The translations under genes and the position numbers were made by a program. From positions 1,580 through 65,579 of the forward strand of contig MHOA01000001.1 of NCBI GenBank assembly GCA_001821765.1: a DNA stretch of 64,000 nt. The letters run 5' to 3'. Source of the stretch: Candidatus Ryanbacteria bacterium RIFCSPLOWO2_12_FULL_44_26. Lineage in GTDB: Bacteria > Patescibacteriota > Minisyncoccia > Ryanbacterales > HO2-45-13. Below are positions 39,783 through 49,241 of this stretch, one piece after another. Positions within the stretch are counted from its first letter, which is position 1; every line of letters begins with the position of its first letter. The notes under the pieces were generated by a model that was not told where the DNA came from, did no database searches, and worked only from the letters and a program-made list of their open reading frames with translations.

Positions 39783-40769
39783 TTAGAGAATTTTCGTGGG
39801 CGTATAAAAATCCGGCGCTTCTTTCATGAACTGTTCCAGTTGGTCACGGGTCAGCAGTCCCTTTTGTGCGCCTGTATATTGCACAACGGACATGGAGTTT
39901 GTCGGTCCCCAAGCAAGTGCTTCGGGGATGGATTTTCCAAGCGCAAGCGCCACTGTAAATGTGGATGAGTAACTGTCTCCCGCTCCGGTTCGGTCGTACG
40001 GCGGTTTTGGATCCGGATACATTGGCATTTTCCATGCGTTTTTTCCGTCGTATGCATATGCTCCGTTGGGACCGTCTGTTATAGAGACAATACGCGGACC
40101 TCGTTCGTGCATCAACTGCAGCAGTTTTATCAAATCTTCTTCTTTTGTGTTTAAAATCCTTTGAGCCTCCTGAAGATTACAGAAAAAAAGATCAGAAATC
40201 TCGTATACATCTTTTAAGATTTCGTAACCCAGCTTTATTTGAAAGGTTCCCGGCTGGTAGGCGAGTTTAATACCGGGATGCTTTTTTATATATTGGACTA
40301 TTTCATGATGAAAAGGGACGGAGTTTTCACCAAGGGAGCTTAAATACATCCAGCGCGGCTTTCCGACATCAGGCATTTTGTAATCGTATTCTTCGTGCTT
40401 AATAAGAATGGTACGCTCTGCTTTAAACCAAAGGACATAGTGGTAGTTTGTGGGTTTTCCCTTATGGATTGAAACAAAATCAATTGCAACTCCGTTGTTT
40501 TGAAGCGACTCCAGGCACTCTTTCCCGTTTTGATCGTCTCCCAGATTTGTAATAACCGCTGATTTCAAACCCAATCGTGCGGCGCTGACCGCAGCGTTTG
40601 GGCTATTCCCGACAGCGCGAACAACTTCAACGCGCTCGTAAGGAATTTTATCTCCAAACCGGACGCAGAGTTCTTTTGTATGATGATTCATGTGCACATC
40701 CGCGTCCTTTAAACGTATGAATGCGTCCGTTGTAATATCGCCGAGCGCAATAAAATCAAATGTATTCAT
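39783..40769 (-). CDS. PfkB family carbohydrate kinase
   Basis: GNSPNAAVSAARLG, ITDGPNGA, DRTGAGD. Confidence 0.92.
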   Translation of the reverse strand: MNTFDFIALGDITTDAFIRLKDADVHMNHHTKELCVRFGDKIPYERVEVVRAVGNSPNAAVSAARLGLKSAVITNLGDDQNGKECLESLQNNGVAIDFVSIHKGKPTNYHYVLWFKAERTILIKHEEYDYKMPDVGKPRWMYLSSLGENSVPFHHEIVQYIKKHPGIKLAYQPGTFQIKLGYEILKDVYEISDLFFCNLQEAQRILNTKEEDLIKLLQLMHERGPRIVSITDGPNGAYAYDGKNAWKMPMYPDPKPPYDRTGAGDSYSSTFTVALALGKSIPEALAWGPTNSMSVVQYTGAQKGLLTRDQLEQFMKEAPDFYTPTKIL

Positions 40770-40912
40770 TTAAAGAATATTAGTTGGTAATGGTGCTGTT
40801 TGAGTTTTGCAGGCAATGTTTCCTAAGGAGCGCATATGTCAGGTATCTCTATCAACAGTGTACGCACTATATAATCTACATAATATCATAAGCATGTGTT
40901 AAACTAAAAACG

Positions 40913-41788
40913 ATGATGACGCTTTCAGAAGTTTTAGATGTGGCGAGAAGCGGAAGATGGGCTGTACCTCATTTTAACATTTCTAATTTCGTTCAGTTAA
41001 AAGGCATTATTGCGGCTTGTGCGGAACTGCGCTCGCCGGTGATGATCGGAACCTCCGAGGGTGAAGTCGAGTTTATTGGGTTCAAGGTGGCCCGCGCGAT
41101 GGTTGATGCGCTGAAAGCCGAAACAGGACTCCCTCTGTTTCTCAATGCCGACCATTTTCATAGTTTCGCGATGTGCAAAAAAGCCATTGACGAAGGGTAT
41201 GATGGAGTGCATATTGATATGTCAAAAAAACCTTATAAAGAGAATATCAATGAGACCAAGCAAGTTGTGCGATATGCACGAGCAGCAGAAAAAGATATCA
41301 GTGTTGAAGGAGAACTTGGTTATATTGTGACTGACTCGTCAAAGATTTATAAAAAAATTGTGGCAATACCGCAAGAAAGTCTTACTAAGCCGGGAGAAGC
41401 GATCTCGTACATAGAGGAAACCGGCGTGGATCGTTTTGCGGCTGCAGTGGGGAGCTTGCACGGCATCGCCGCAAACAAGCCGATATTGGATTTTTACCGC
41501 ATTGAAAGACTGCGTGAGATTATTCCAAAAAATACCACTTTGGTACTCCACGGCGGTTCTGGGCTCCTTGATAATGACTTTAAGCGTGCCATCGAATTGG
41601 GTATAAATAATATTCACATCTCAACAACGATACGAGCTGCCTATATAAAGGCTTTAAAAAAGGCTCTGAAAGAAAAGAAAGATGAAACCACACCGTATAA
41701 ACTATATGACCCTGTTGTTCGCGCAGTTGCTGAAACGGTAAAAGAACACATAAAGCTCTTTGGGTCGCAAAATAAATCAATGGAATAA
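40913..41788 (+). CDS. fba: Class II fructose-bisphosphate aldolase
   Basis: LNADH, VEGELG, AVGSLHG, LVLHGGSG. Confidence 0.92.
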   Translation: MMTLSEVLDVARSGRWAVPHFNISNFVQLKGIIAACAELRSPVMIGTSEGEVEFIGFKVARAMVDALKAETGLPLFLNADHFHSFAMCKKAIDEGYDGVHIDMSKKPYKENINETKQVVRYARAAEKDISVEGELGYIVTDSSKIYKKIVAIPQESLTKPGEAISYIEETGVDRFAAAVGSLHGIAANKPILDFYRIERLREIIPKNTTLVLHGGSGLLDNDFKRAIELGINNIHISTTIRAAYIKALKKALKEKKDETTPYKLYDPVVRAVAETVKEHIKLFGSQNKSME

Positions 41789-41860
41789 ACAGTTTGCTTT
41801 TAGCCGATAGGTTTGCATACATCGTCATTTCAGTTATTATTCGCTCATTAATTAAAATTT

Positions 41861-42838
41861 ATGCCGAAGGTATATGTAACACGCATGATCCCTCAAGCAG
41901 GGATTGAGAAATTAAAAGAGAAAGGATATGACGTTACCATAAATCCAGATGACCAGGCGCTGGATACATCGGAACTGATAGACGCCCTTAAGGGGAAAGG
42001 GTATGATGCAGTGCTTTGTCTTTTAACTGATCATGTGAACGCTGAAGTATTGGATGCTGCTGGCAGTAATTGCAGGATCTTTGCGAATTATGCCGTCGGG
42101 TATGATAACATAGACGTCAAAGCCGCATCAGAGCGCAACATTGTGATAACAAATACACCCGGCATTCTTACCGAAAGCGTAGCAGAACATACGTTTGCGC
42201 TGATGCTTGCAATCAGCCGCCGCATAGCAGAAGCAGACAGGTTTGTAAGAGCAGGAAAGTATAAGGGTTGGGCGCCGAAATTGCTTTTAGGAAACGACGT
42301 TTCTGGTAAAATCATCGGGATTGTGGGGCTTGGACGTATCGGAAGCCGCGTTGCTCATCATGCCGCAGGAGGATTTGACGCGCGTATCATATATCACGAC
42401 CTTACAAGAAATGAAGAATTTGAAAAAAGTGTCGGCGCCGTTTATAGAGAAACACTTGAAGAACTCTTGGGAGAAGCGGATTATGTATCTTTGCACGTCC
42501 CGCTTCTTCCTCAGACAAAGCATCTTATCAACGCCGAGAAACTGAAGCTCATGAAACATTCTGCGTATCTTATAAATACGTCGCGCGGTCCGGTCATTGA
42601 TGAAGCGGCACTTGTGCATGCCCTTAAAAAGAAAGAAATCAAAGGTGCTGCTTTGGATGTTTTTGAGGATGAGCCGGAATTAAAACCCGGACTTGCTGAA
42701 TTGGACAACGTTATTCTTACCCCCCACATTGCTTCCGGAACTGAAGAAACAAGAAATAAAATGGCAGAAATGGCCGCCGAGAACATTATCGCTGTTTTTG
42801 AGGGCCGTACACCGCCGCAGCTTGTAAAACCAAGCTGA
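41861..42838 (+). CDS. D-glycerate dehydrogenase / glyoxylate reductase (2-hydroxyacid dehydrogenase)
   Basis: AVGYDNID, NTPGIL, GLGRIG, INTSRG, LDVFEDEP, TPHIAS. Confidence 0.93.
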   Translation: MPKVYVTRMIPQAGIEKLKEKGYDVTINPDDQALDTSELIDALKGKGYDAVLCLLTDHVNAEVLDAAGSNCRIFANYAVGYDNIDVKAASERNIVITNTPGILTESVAEHTFALMLAISRRIAEADRFVRAGKYKGWAPKLLLGNDVSGKIIGIVGLGRIGSRVAHHAAGGFDARIIYHDLTRNEEFEKSVGAVYRETLEELLGEADYVSLHVPLLPQTKHLINAEKLKLMKHSAYLINTSRGPVIDEAALVHALKKKEIKGAALDVFEDEPELKPGLAELDNVILTPHIASGTEETRNKMAEMAAENIIAVFEGRTPPQLVKPS

Positions 42839-42905
42839 TATACATAAACATGCGCCATCTTACTATGCCTGTTGATTTTTGTGTTTTTTTCGCTAAGATA
42901 GTGTC

Positions 42906-43604
42906 ATGCCCATATTAAAAGCACAAACACGGGATCTGTTTAAAAAAAAGGTAAAACAACTTCGGGAAAAAGGAGATATTCCCGCGGTGCTTTATGGTTC
43001 AAAAATCAAAAAAGCTGAACATATTACCGTTTCGTGTCGTGAGTTTGAGCTCTTATGGAAAAAGGCCGGAAGTTCAAGCATAATTGATCTGGCAATAGAA
43101 AATCAAAAGCCGCGAAAAGTGCTCATCCATGATGTCGCAGTGGATCCTTTAAAAGATCGTCCAATACACGTTGATTTTTATGCTGTTGATGTTTCAAAAT
43201 CGGTTCGCGTCCACATTCCATTTATATTTTCTGGCGAAGCTCCTGCTGTAAAATCAGAGGGAGGGATTTTACTCAAGTTAATCCATGAGGTAGAAATTGA
43301 GGCATTACCGCAAGATCTGCCGCACGACATCATGGTTGATGTTGGGGTACTAAAAACATTTGAAGACCACATCACGCTTAAAGATATTACTTTCCCGAAG
43401 GGAACAAAGATGATTGGAGAGGATGATATGGTTGTTGCGCTTGTTGAACCTCCGAGGAAAGAGGAGGTTGAGGAAGCTGGTCCGGCAGAGATTGATTTCG
43501 AGAAGATAGAAAATACTGGAAAGAAAGGCCTTAAAGAAAAGGAGCTATCAGGAGAAAAAACAGAAGCGCAAACATCTGAAAGCAGGTCTTCAGATGAAAA
43601 ATAA
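42906..43604 (+). CDS. rplY: 50S ribosomal protein L25/Ctc
   Basis: LREKGDIPAVLYG, HVDFY, EIEALPQDLP. Confidence 0.93.
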   Translation: MPILKAQTRDLFKKKVKQLREKGDIPAVLYGSKIKKAEHITVSCREFELLWKKAGSSSIIDLAIENQKPRKVLIHDVAVDPLKDRPIHVDFYAVDVSKSVRVHIPFIFSGEAPAVKSEGGILLKLIHEVEIEALPQDLPHDIMVDVGVLKTFEDHITLKDITFPKGTKMIGEDDMVVALVEPPRKEEVEEAGPAEIDFEKIENTGKKGLKEKELSGEKTEAQTSESRSSDEK

Positions 43605-44926
43605 TGAAACAATCATTTTATTCTATCGCGGTTTTTTTACTGTTTTTCGGCGCGAATGCCTTTGGGCAGGGTCTTTCTGATGCAGTTGTTGAACAGCGAA
43701 AGCATCTGGAGGAAGAATTAGGGAAGATCGAGCTTGAGATTGGAAAGTTTCAAGATGTCATCTTGAAAAAACAGCAGGAGTCTTCCTCATTGGAGCGCGA
43801 TATTGCCATACTGGATGCACAGATTAGAAAAACACGTCTGGAGATTAAAAGCCTTGAGCTTGAAATTTTGCGCCTTTCCGGGCGAATAGAGGAAAAAGAG
43901 GATTCTATTGACGATATAAATACAGTGATAAATCGTCAGAAAGAATCGCTCGCGGAATCGTTAAAAAAACTTCGGGAGTATGACGATTATGCTCTTATTG
44001 AAATTCTTCTTTCCCACGAACATCTCTCTGATTTTTTTGGAGATGTTGATACTATTGATGTTATCCAGTCTGCTCTCAAGGAGCAGTTTCATGAACTCCG
44101 TTCAACAAAAAATCAGGAGGAAGAACTGAGAGATAATTTCATTGAGCAAAAAAAGAGTCAAATTGAAGCCCGTGCGCTGCTTGATATAGAAAAACGGACT
44201 CTTGAAGCGCAAGAAGTTGAAAGAAAGAAAATATTACAGGAAACGCGCGGAGAAGAAGCTGCCTATCAAAGGATGCTTGGGGCAAGGAGAAGCAACGCCG
44301 CCTCAATACGCTCTCAGCTGTTTTTACTTGAAGGTTCTCCCGCTATACCGTTCGAAAAAGCCGTGTTGTTCGCGGAACGAGCTTCTGTGAAAACAGGCGT
44401 TCGGGTGGCATTTATTCTTGGTATTATCGCGCAGGAATCTGAATTGGGACGTAATATAGGACAGTGTAATCTTCCAGACGATCCCCCTCAATACAAGTGG
44501 CGGGCAATCATGAAACCGACTCGCGATCACAAACCCTATTTGGAGATCACTGCTCGGCTTGGTCTTGACCCGAATCTCATGCCTCTTTCATGTCCGCTTG
44601 GAGGAGGATGGGGCGGAGCAATGGGACCCGCACAGTTTATCCCCTCTACATGGCTTATGTTTGAGGATCGCATAGCCCGTGCAACCGGACACAACCCCCC
44701 TAATCCATGGGAACCGGAGGACGCTTTTATGGCTTCAGGACTTTTTCTTTCAGACCTTGGCGCAACAAGTATTTCAGGGGAACAGGAAGCCGCCGGCCGG
44801 TATTTTGCGGGAAGCAGATGGAATACATCTCTTGGCCGCAGGTATGCAAGTCAAGTGCTTGCAAAGGTAACGGTATATCAAGAACAGATAAACCTTCTCA
44901 AAGGTCTTGCGGTTGATTCACAATAG
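43604..44926 (+). CDS. Secreted coiled-coil protein with a lytic murein transglycosylase domain
   Basis: Signal peptide, long coiled coil, QES, GAMGPAQFIPSTW, NPW.PEDA. Confidence 0.85.
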   Translation: MKQSFYSIAVFLLFFGANAFGQGLSDAVVEQRKHLEEELGKIELEIGKFQDVILKKQQESSSLERDIAILDAQIRKTRLEIKSLELEILRLSGRIEEKEDSIDDINTVINRQKESLAESLKKLREYDDYALIEILLSHEHLSDFFGDVDTIDVIQSALKEQFHELRSTKNQEEELRDNFIEQKKSQIEARALLDIEKRTLEAQEVERKKILQETRGEEAAYQRMLGARRSNAASIRSQLFLLEGSPAIPFEKAVLFAERASVKTGVRVAFILGIIAQESELGRNIGQCNLPDDPPQYKWRAIMKPTRDHKPYLEITARLGLDPNLMPLSCPLGGGWGGAMGPAQFIPSTWLMFEDRIARATGHNPPNPWEPEDAFMASGLFLSDLGATSISGEQEAAGRYFAGSRWNTSLGRRYASQVLAKVTVYQEQINLLKGLAVDSQ

Positions 44927-44974
44927 GGTTTTTTAGGGACGAGCAAAATGTTGCGATAAGCTCTGCTGTTTGGA

Positions 44975-45724
44975 TTAGTTGCCAGTTTTTATTGATTGCT
45001 CTTTTTTGCTTTTTTTAAAAGTTTCTATGATCGTCTCAAGGTTGCCATTCAGTATTTTCTCAATATGGCGCCATGATTTTTTTATACGGTGATCAGTAAT
45101 ACGGTCTTGCAGATAGTTATAGGTTCTCATTTTTTCTGAACGTTCTTGGAATCCGATTTGTATTCGGCGTTCGCTTGCGGTTTTACTTATGACACCTCCA
45201 TGCTCTCGATCGTACAGCTTTGCTCTTAAAATTGACATGGCGCGCTCACGGTTTTGTTGTTGGGAGCGTTCTGTTTGTGCTCTTACAACAATGCCGGTTG
45301 GCTTGTGTAATATACGTACAGCTGTTTCAACTTTATTTACATTTTGTCCTCCCGCGCCTCCTGATCGGGCGAATGTTATCTCAAGGTCCTGTGGTTTTAT
45401 TTCAATATCTGTCGGTGGAACCTGTTTTAAGATGGCGACTGACGCCGTCGAGGTGTGTATGCGGCCGGACTTCTCTGTTTTCGGTATGCGTTGTACTCTG
45501 TGTACTCCGCTTTCTTGAGACAATTCTTCGTATATGTTTTCTCCTTTCAGTTCGAAGATACCTTCTTTTAAACCACCCAGATCATTTTTTGATTCGCTGA
45601 TACAGTGCATCGTCCATCCTCGTTTTGCTGCGTACATTGCATACATATTGCTCAGCGTATCAGCAAAAAGCGCTGCTTCATCTCCGCCGGCCCCCGCTCG
45701 TATCTCTAAAAGAATGCTGTTCAT
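44975..45724 (-). CDS. prfA: Peptide chain release factor 1 lacking its N-terminal domain
   Basis: [29 protein letters not shown] (PxT), GGQNVNK, ERSQ, RTYN..QDR.TDHR; follows rpmE. Confidence 0.9.
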   Translation of the reverse strand: MNSILLEIRAGAGGDEAALFADTLSNMYAMYAAKRGWTMHCISESKNDLGGLKEGIFELKGENIYEELSQESGVHRVQRIPKTEKSGRIHTSTASVAILKQVPPTDIEIKPQDLEITFARSGGAGGQNVNKVETAVRILHKPTGIVVRAQTERSQQQNRERAMSILRAKLYDREHGGVISKTASERRIQIGFQERSEKMRTYNYLQDRITDHRIKKSWRHIEKILNGNLETIIETFKKSKKEQSIKTGN

Positions 45725-45984
45725 AAAACCTTTGTAGACTTTTTTTCCGATTTTTTGCGGGATTTTTTAGCGGGAGTTTTTAAACGGCGTTCAATTTTTT
45801 TCTGAAATTTTTCAATTCGTCCGGCAGTGTCAATAAGTTTTTCTTTTCCAGTATAGAATGGATGGCATTTGTAGCAAATTTCAACTTCAAGTTTTTCTTT
45901 TGTGGACCCCACGATAAAACTGTTTCCGCATGCACAGGTTACTTTAGCGTTCTGGTGATATGTTGGATGTAAGCCTTTTTTCAT
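45721..45984 (-). CDS. rpmE: 50S ribosomal protein L31
   Basis: [30 protein letters not shown]. Confidence 0.96.
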   Translation of the reverse strand: MKKGLHPTYHQNAKVTCACGNSFIVGSTKEKLEVEICYKCHPFYTGKEKLIDTAGRIEKFQKKIERRLKTPAKKSRKKSEKKSTKVL

Positions 45985-46084
45985 AATGTGTTGTATAGAT
46001 CTCAAATCAATTTTGAATATTAGAGAAAAGTTTCTGATTAATTAGTGATGATTATAACCGCACTGTACCATATTATATCGGGTC

Positions 46085-46210
46085 TTGCAATGGTTGTGAT
46101 TTTTTATTACAATGTTTCTACCCCTTCAAAGGAGGACCTGTTGGTTGTTATGAACCTTACGGCATTTCCCTCACGGATGAGGTTTGAAGAGATTCATGCA
46201 GCATCAGGCA
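46085..46210 (+). promoter_or_regulatory. rpsB promoter and structured 5' leader (possible S2 autoregulatory element)
   Basis: TTGCAA-N17-TACAAT; long leader with stem CCTGTTG..ATGAA / TTCATGCAGCATCAGG. Confidence 0.5.
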
Positions 46211-46243
46211 GTAAAACTTTTTTATTTATCTTCTAAGAGACGT

Positions 46244-47050
46244 ATGGAGGAAACAAATATAATAACACAACCCCCTATAAAACCGGAAATAGAAGCATTA
46301 TTTAATGCAGGGGTTCATTTCGCGTACAAAAAAACGAGGCGTCATCCAAAAATGCGGGAGTATATCGCCGGTGTGCGCAGTAATGTCGAAGTATTTCATC
46401 TTGAACGTGTATATGAAAGACTAGTTGATGCGATGGCCTTTATGGAGAAACTCGGAACCGAGTCGGCGGTAATTCTATGGATTGGAACAAAACCCGCCGC
46501 TTGCTCTATTATTACCGACACGGCGACAGCGCTACAGCACCCATATGTTGCGAAACGCTGGATAGGAGGAACGCTGACGAATTTTAAAATCATTCGCGGA
46601 AGGGTTGAATATCTGAAAACCTTGGAAGAAGCTATACAAAATCCAGACTTTTTAAAATATCCAAAGCACGAACGCATGAAGACGAAAAAGGAAGTAGAAA
46701 AACTTCAAGAAGAGTTTGGAAACCTTCGTCTCCTTAAAAGCATTCCGAATGCAATGGTGATTGTTGACGCGAATGAAGAATTGACAGCGGTGACAGAGGG
46801 GCGAAAAGTGGGCGTGAAAACAATTGCCATTATGAATTCGGATTGCGACCCCGACGCTGTGACTTGTCCGATACCGGGGAATGACAATGCCGTTCAAAGC
46901 ATCAAATACTTAATTGGTAAATTAAAAGAAGCATATCTGAAGGGTAAAGCCTCAGCCCCCAAAAAAGACGAAGTGAGGGAAAAAGAGGTAAAAGACGAAG
47001 CATTGCAGAACCCTGTAAAAAACCACCAAGTGCCGGCAAATAGTTCTTGA
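46244..47050 (+). CDS. rpsB: 30S ribosomal protein S2
   Basis: LFNAGVHF, HPKM, GTK, RWIGGTLTNF, IPGND. Confidence 0.96.
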   Translation: MEETNIITQPPIKPEIEALFNAGVHFAYKKTRRHPKMREYIAGVRSNVEVFHLERVYERLVDAMAFMEKLGTESAVILWIGTKPAACSIITDTATALQHPYVAKRWIGGTLTNFKIIRGRVEYLKTLEEAIQNPDFLKYPKHERMKTKKEVEKLQEEFGNLRLLKSIPNAMVIVDANEELTAVTEGRKVGVKTIAIMNSDCDPDAVTCPIPGNDNAVQSIKYLIGKLKEAYLKGKASAPKKDEVREKEVKDEALQNPVKNHQVPANSS

Positions 47051-47140
47051 TGAGCATCCAAACAATAATTAATGATCTACTGATAACAGAATCCTCCGGA
47101 CTTATAGGTTATAGATTATACACTATAAGCTATATATCAT

Positions 47141-47596
47141 ATGGATATATCAACTGAACAAATAAAAGCGCTTCGTGAGAAGACTGGTGTTTCAGTCATG
47201 CTGGTAAGAAAAGCTTTAATTGAAGCTGGTGGAGATGAAAAAGAAGCAATGAAGAAACTTGAAAAACTTGAAAGTCATCTGGCAGACAAGAAAGCGCAGC
47301 GCAATGCTTCTATGGGTGTTGTGGAATCATATATTCATCATGATGGTCGTGTTGGAGTGCTTTTGGCGCTTAAGTGTGAAACCGATTTTGTTGCCAGGAA
47401 CGAAGAGTTTAAAAAGGAAGCACACAATATTGCAATGCACATCGCCGCTATGGATCCGGCTGACAAGGAAGCGCTTCTAGGGGAACCATATGCGCTGGAT
47501 CAGTCCAGGACAGTATCCCAGGTGCTTGCCGCCATAACGACGAAGTTTGGTGAGCACATCACGATTGAAAAATTTGTTCGTTACTCCATTTCATGA
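47141..47596 (+). CDS. tsf: Elongation factor Ts (short form)
   Basis: IKALREKTG, CETDFVARN, AMHIAA. Confidence 0.95.
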   Translation: MDISTEQIKALREKTGVSVMLVRKALIEAGGDEKEAMKKLEKLESHLADKKAQRNASMGVVESYIHHDGRVGVLLALKCETDFVARNEEFKKEAHNIAMHIAAMDPADKEALLGEPYALDQSRTVSQVLAAITTKFGEHITIEKFVRYSIS

Positions 47597-48045
47597 TTCT
47601 GGTATTTCTTACAATATTTGTTATCAGTTTTCTTTGGATTGTGGTGATTATGTGGTGGCATACGCCAAATATGTTAAGAGCAAATAATGCTGTTTTTCTT
47701 AAGAGTCAAAGCTTTCACTTAAAAACTGACAGAATATTATCCTTCACCATTATTGTCGGTTTTGTAGAACATATTGTGAAAGTTCGTGTCATACCTCAAG
47801 TGCTTCGTTTTCTGGGTTTTTGTTTTTTTATTATTGAGCGCGGAGCGACTATTGTTTCTATAAAAGCGAGGCGTGTCCGCGCTTTTTTACAAAGCAAATC
47901 AGCGGTAACAGCTCATCAGTCTTCATATTGGGATGAAATTCGCCAATGGAAGAAGAAAAACGGGCTGGAAAATGGAAAAGCGCCTGAAAAAATAAATTTT
48001 GCGGTAGCAGATCATGATATTTCCAACCATCGTATCGATGATTAA
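47593..48045 (+). CDS. Hypothetical membrane protein
   Basis: N-terminal TM; ATGA overlap with tsf. Confidence 0.6.
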   Translation: MILVFLTIFVISFLWIVVIMWWHTPNMLRANNAVFLKSQSFHLKTDRILSFTIIVGFVEHIVKVRVIPQVLRFLGFCFFIIERGATIVSIKARRVRAFLQSKSAVTAHQSSYWDEIRQWKKKNGLENGKAPEKINFAVADHDISNHRIDD

Positions 48046-48162
48046 TTTAAACTCGGATGGAGGCCGTTTTTTGAATCTTGGTATAAAAAACATTCCATAA
48101 TCTTGTGAAATGTTGCTGGCATGGTCCCGACGCGCTTTTTTATACTAAGATAGTGAAATTAG

Positions 48163-48404
48163 GATCTCGGCGTTTGCGAATTTTGTCGCTTTAGCCCCGA
48201 CGCACTATGATTGTATTGGATAGTGCAGTTGGAATTCTGCTTTCTTGCAAGTGACACATAGAGCGACGAAACTCTATGGCACTTTGCAGAACAGTGGAGT
48301 TGTATGTAAGACAGGGGAACAACGGTGGTGCTTATCCCGAATGAAATGTACAGATTTAGTTTTGCTGTAGAGCGGCTGTTTTGCGTCAGTCCCGCGCCAA
48401 GGTT
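48163..48404 (+). ncRNA. Unassigned structured RNA upstream of the nested tRNA
   Basis: Closing stem 48163-48172/48395-48404; several internal stems; 13-nt complementarity 48181-48193/48259-48271. Confidence 0.45.
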
Positions 48405-48425
48405 ATTATTAAAAATAAGGAACAT

Positions 48426-48663
48426 GCCGATGTAGCTTAATAGCAGAGCAACGGTTTTGCTCCGATATTCTCAAAAACAAAGGTTTTGTTAGAATATCGA
48501 GAGTCCCCGATTTTGTAAAAAAATTGCCGGCGTAGCTCAGTGGCAGAGCAGCTGTTTTGTAAACAGCAGGTCGTCAGTTCAAATCTGACCGCCGGCTCTA
48601 CAAAATTTTTACAAAATCTGGATAAACCGTAAGTTGTCGGCTTGAGTCCGACCATCGGCTCCA
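48426..48663 (+). tRNA. Split, degenerate tRNA-Thr(UGU): exons 48426-48459 and 48623-48663, interrupted by 163 nt
   Basis: GCCGATG/CATCGGC-T-CCA acceptor, ACGGT/ACCGT anticodon stem, GTCGG/CCGAC T-stem; D-loop and T-loop deviate from consensus. Confidence 0.7.
48526..48597 (+). tRNA. tRNA-Thr(UGU), intact, nested inside the split tRNA
   Basis: GCCGGCG..GCTC/GAGC..GCTGT-TT-TGT-AA-ACAGC..GTCAG-TTCAAAT-CTGAC-CGCCGGC-T; no encoded CCA. Confidence 0.93.
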
Positions 48664-48738
48664 TAGTTAAAACAAACTTTTGAATGACTTGACAAGTTAT
48701 TTATTTTATGATTTATTATTAGTTGAAAGGGAGTGTAT

Positions 48739-48963
48739 ATGATAAACAAAATCGGAAAGATAGTTGTAGATAGAGATCTTTGTATCGGGGCGGCATCCTG
48801 TATCGCAATAGCTCCGGAGGTTTTTCAACTTGATGAAGAAAATAAAGCGATTGTAGTAAATCCTAAGAGAGCTGATGACGAAACGATTTTGCTTGCCGCC
48901 AAATCCTGCCCCACAAAAGCCATTATAGTATTTGATGAAGAGGGAAATCAGCTTTATCCATAA
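48739..48963 (+). CDS. Ferredoxin (probable [3Fe-4S])
   Basis: VDRDLCIGAASCIAIAP.VF ... AAKSCPTKAI. Confidence 0.9.
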   Translation: MINKIGKIVVDRDLCIGAASCIAIAPEVFQLDEENKAIVVNPKRADDETILLAAKSCPTKAIIVFDEEGNQLYP

Positions 48964-49241
48964 AAGGTTGATAAACGCTGTTTCGTTTTTTAAACAAAAA
49001 ATGAAATACGTAGCTTGCATAGCATCACTGCGGTATCGTATTTTTTACTCGATTCGTTATTATAATCATATAGCGTGGTATAATTATAATGCAGATATGT
49101 ATAGAAATACGAAATCCTAAACACAATGCTTGAAACACTATTTACATTCATATGTTCAAAGCTCTGGACGTTTTATTCATTTGAATGTAGTGTCGGAATT
49201 TGTTTTGGATTTCGAAATAAAAGGAGTTCGCATTTTGGTTT

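Noticed and set aside
48255-48295. tmRNA tag-like word GCGACGAAACT
   Set aside because: No tRNA-like tmRNA ends and no Ala-ending tag ORF.
48460-48622. Group I intron in the tRNA anticodon (an alternative U33|...G48620 splice would give a GAU anticodon)
   Set aside because: The 163 nt are fully occupied by two hairpins and a tRNA, with no P3-P7 core; acceptor stem and discriminator are Thr-type, so the Ile reading is unsupported.
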